64,000 nt of DNA from Blasia pusilla (lineage: Eukaryota): NCBI GenBank assembly GCA_050084515.1, contig CM114271.1, positions 27,032,001-27,096,000 on the forward strand. The letters are read 5' to 3'. Of this stretch, positions 63,663-64,000 are shown piece after piece (position 1 is the stretch's first letter; each line of letters begins with the position of its first letter). The position numbers were made by a program, and so were the translations under genes. Below the pieces are notes generated by a model. The model did no database searches. It was not told where the DNA came from and saw only the letters and a program-made list of their open reading frames with translations.

Positions 63663-64000
63663 GAATGAAGACTTGGACTTTGGTTCCCCTTCCTCCTAAT
63701 CAAAGCACAATTGGCTGTCGTTGGGTTTTTAAAATTAAACCTCATGTGGATGGCACGATCCACAAGTACACAACCTGTCTGGTTGCTAAAGGATTTACTC
63801 AAGTTCCTGATCTTGATTATGACGAGACCTTTTCTCCTACTGTTAAACTTCAATCTCTTCGTATTCTAATTGCTATCGCTGCTTATTTCAACGTGGACTT
63901 ACATCAATTAGATGTAATCACTACTTTTCTATATGGATTCTTGCAACACAAGATCTACATGGCCCTTCCTCCAGGCTTGCTAGTTCCCCATAATAACTTG
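63663..64000 (+). mobile_element. Second copy of the Copia RT segment, running off the window end
   Basis: Near-identical reverse complement of 38334-38671 (MKTWTLVPLPP..LVAKGFTQVPDLDYDETFSP). It starts exactly at GAATGAAG. Confidence 0.95.

Overview
Eukaryotic, intron-containing, TE-rich plant genomic DNA, probably a non-seed land plant (inferred; the species cannot be determined here). It holds two intact host genes arranged head-to-head: an 8-exon organellar threonyl-tRNA synthetase (minus strand, 4346-9768) and a 4-exon UPF0690/C1orf52-like Zn-finger protein (plus strand, 22308-25744). Between them lie a truncated LINE, mini-Helitrons, an inverted copy of the ThrRS upstream region and a partial ThrRS pseudogene. 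A Copia element (25815-40007, TSD TATGG) is interrupted by a 9.5-kb P-element-like DNA transposon with 8-bp target duplications. That transposon carries an EDM2-like PHD cassette and sits next to an inversion of the kind P elements produce. The most unusual feature is a family of Gypsy-type retroelements: two well-delimited copies (42538-48172 and 51387-59269) and one older relic. Together they encode PR, a C5 DNA methyltransferase, RT, RH, a DDE integrase and a PHD finger. They have split direct repeats (A1-internal-B1-A2-B2) instead of ordinary LTRs, TG..CA-type ends, 4-bp TSDs, an internal CA-nn-TG junction and a Tf1-like self-priming site. This architecture suggests integration from a circular cDNA opened inside U3. 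All protein family assignments come from motif recognition by eye; no database search was run.
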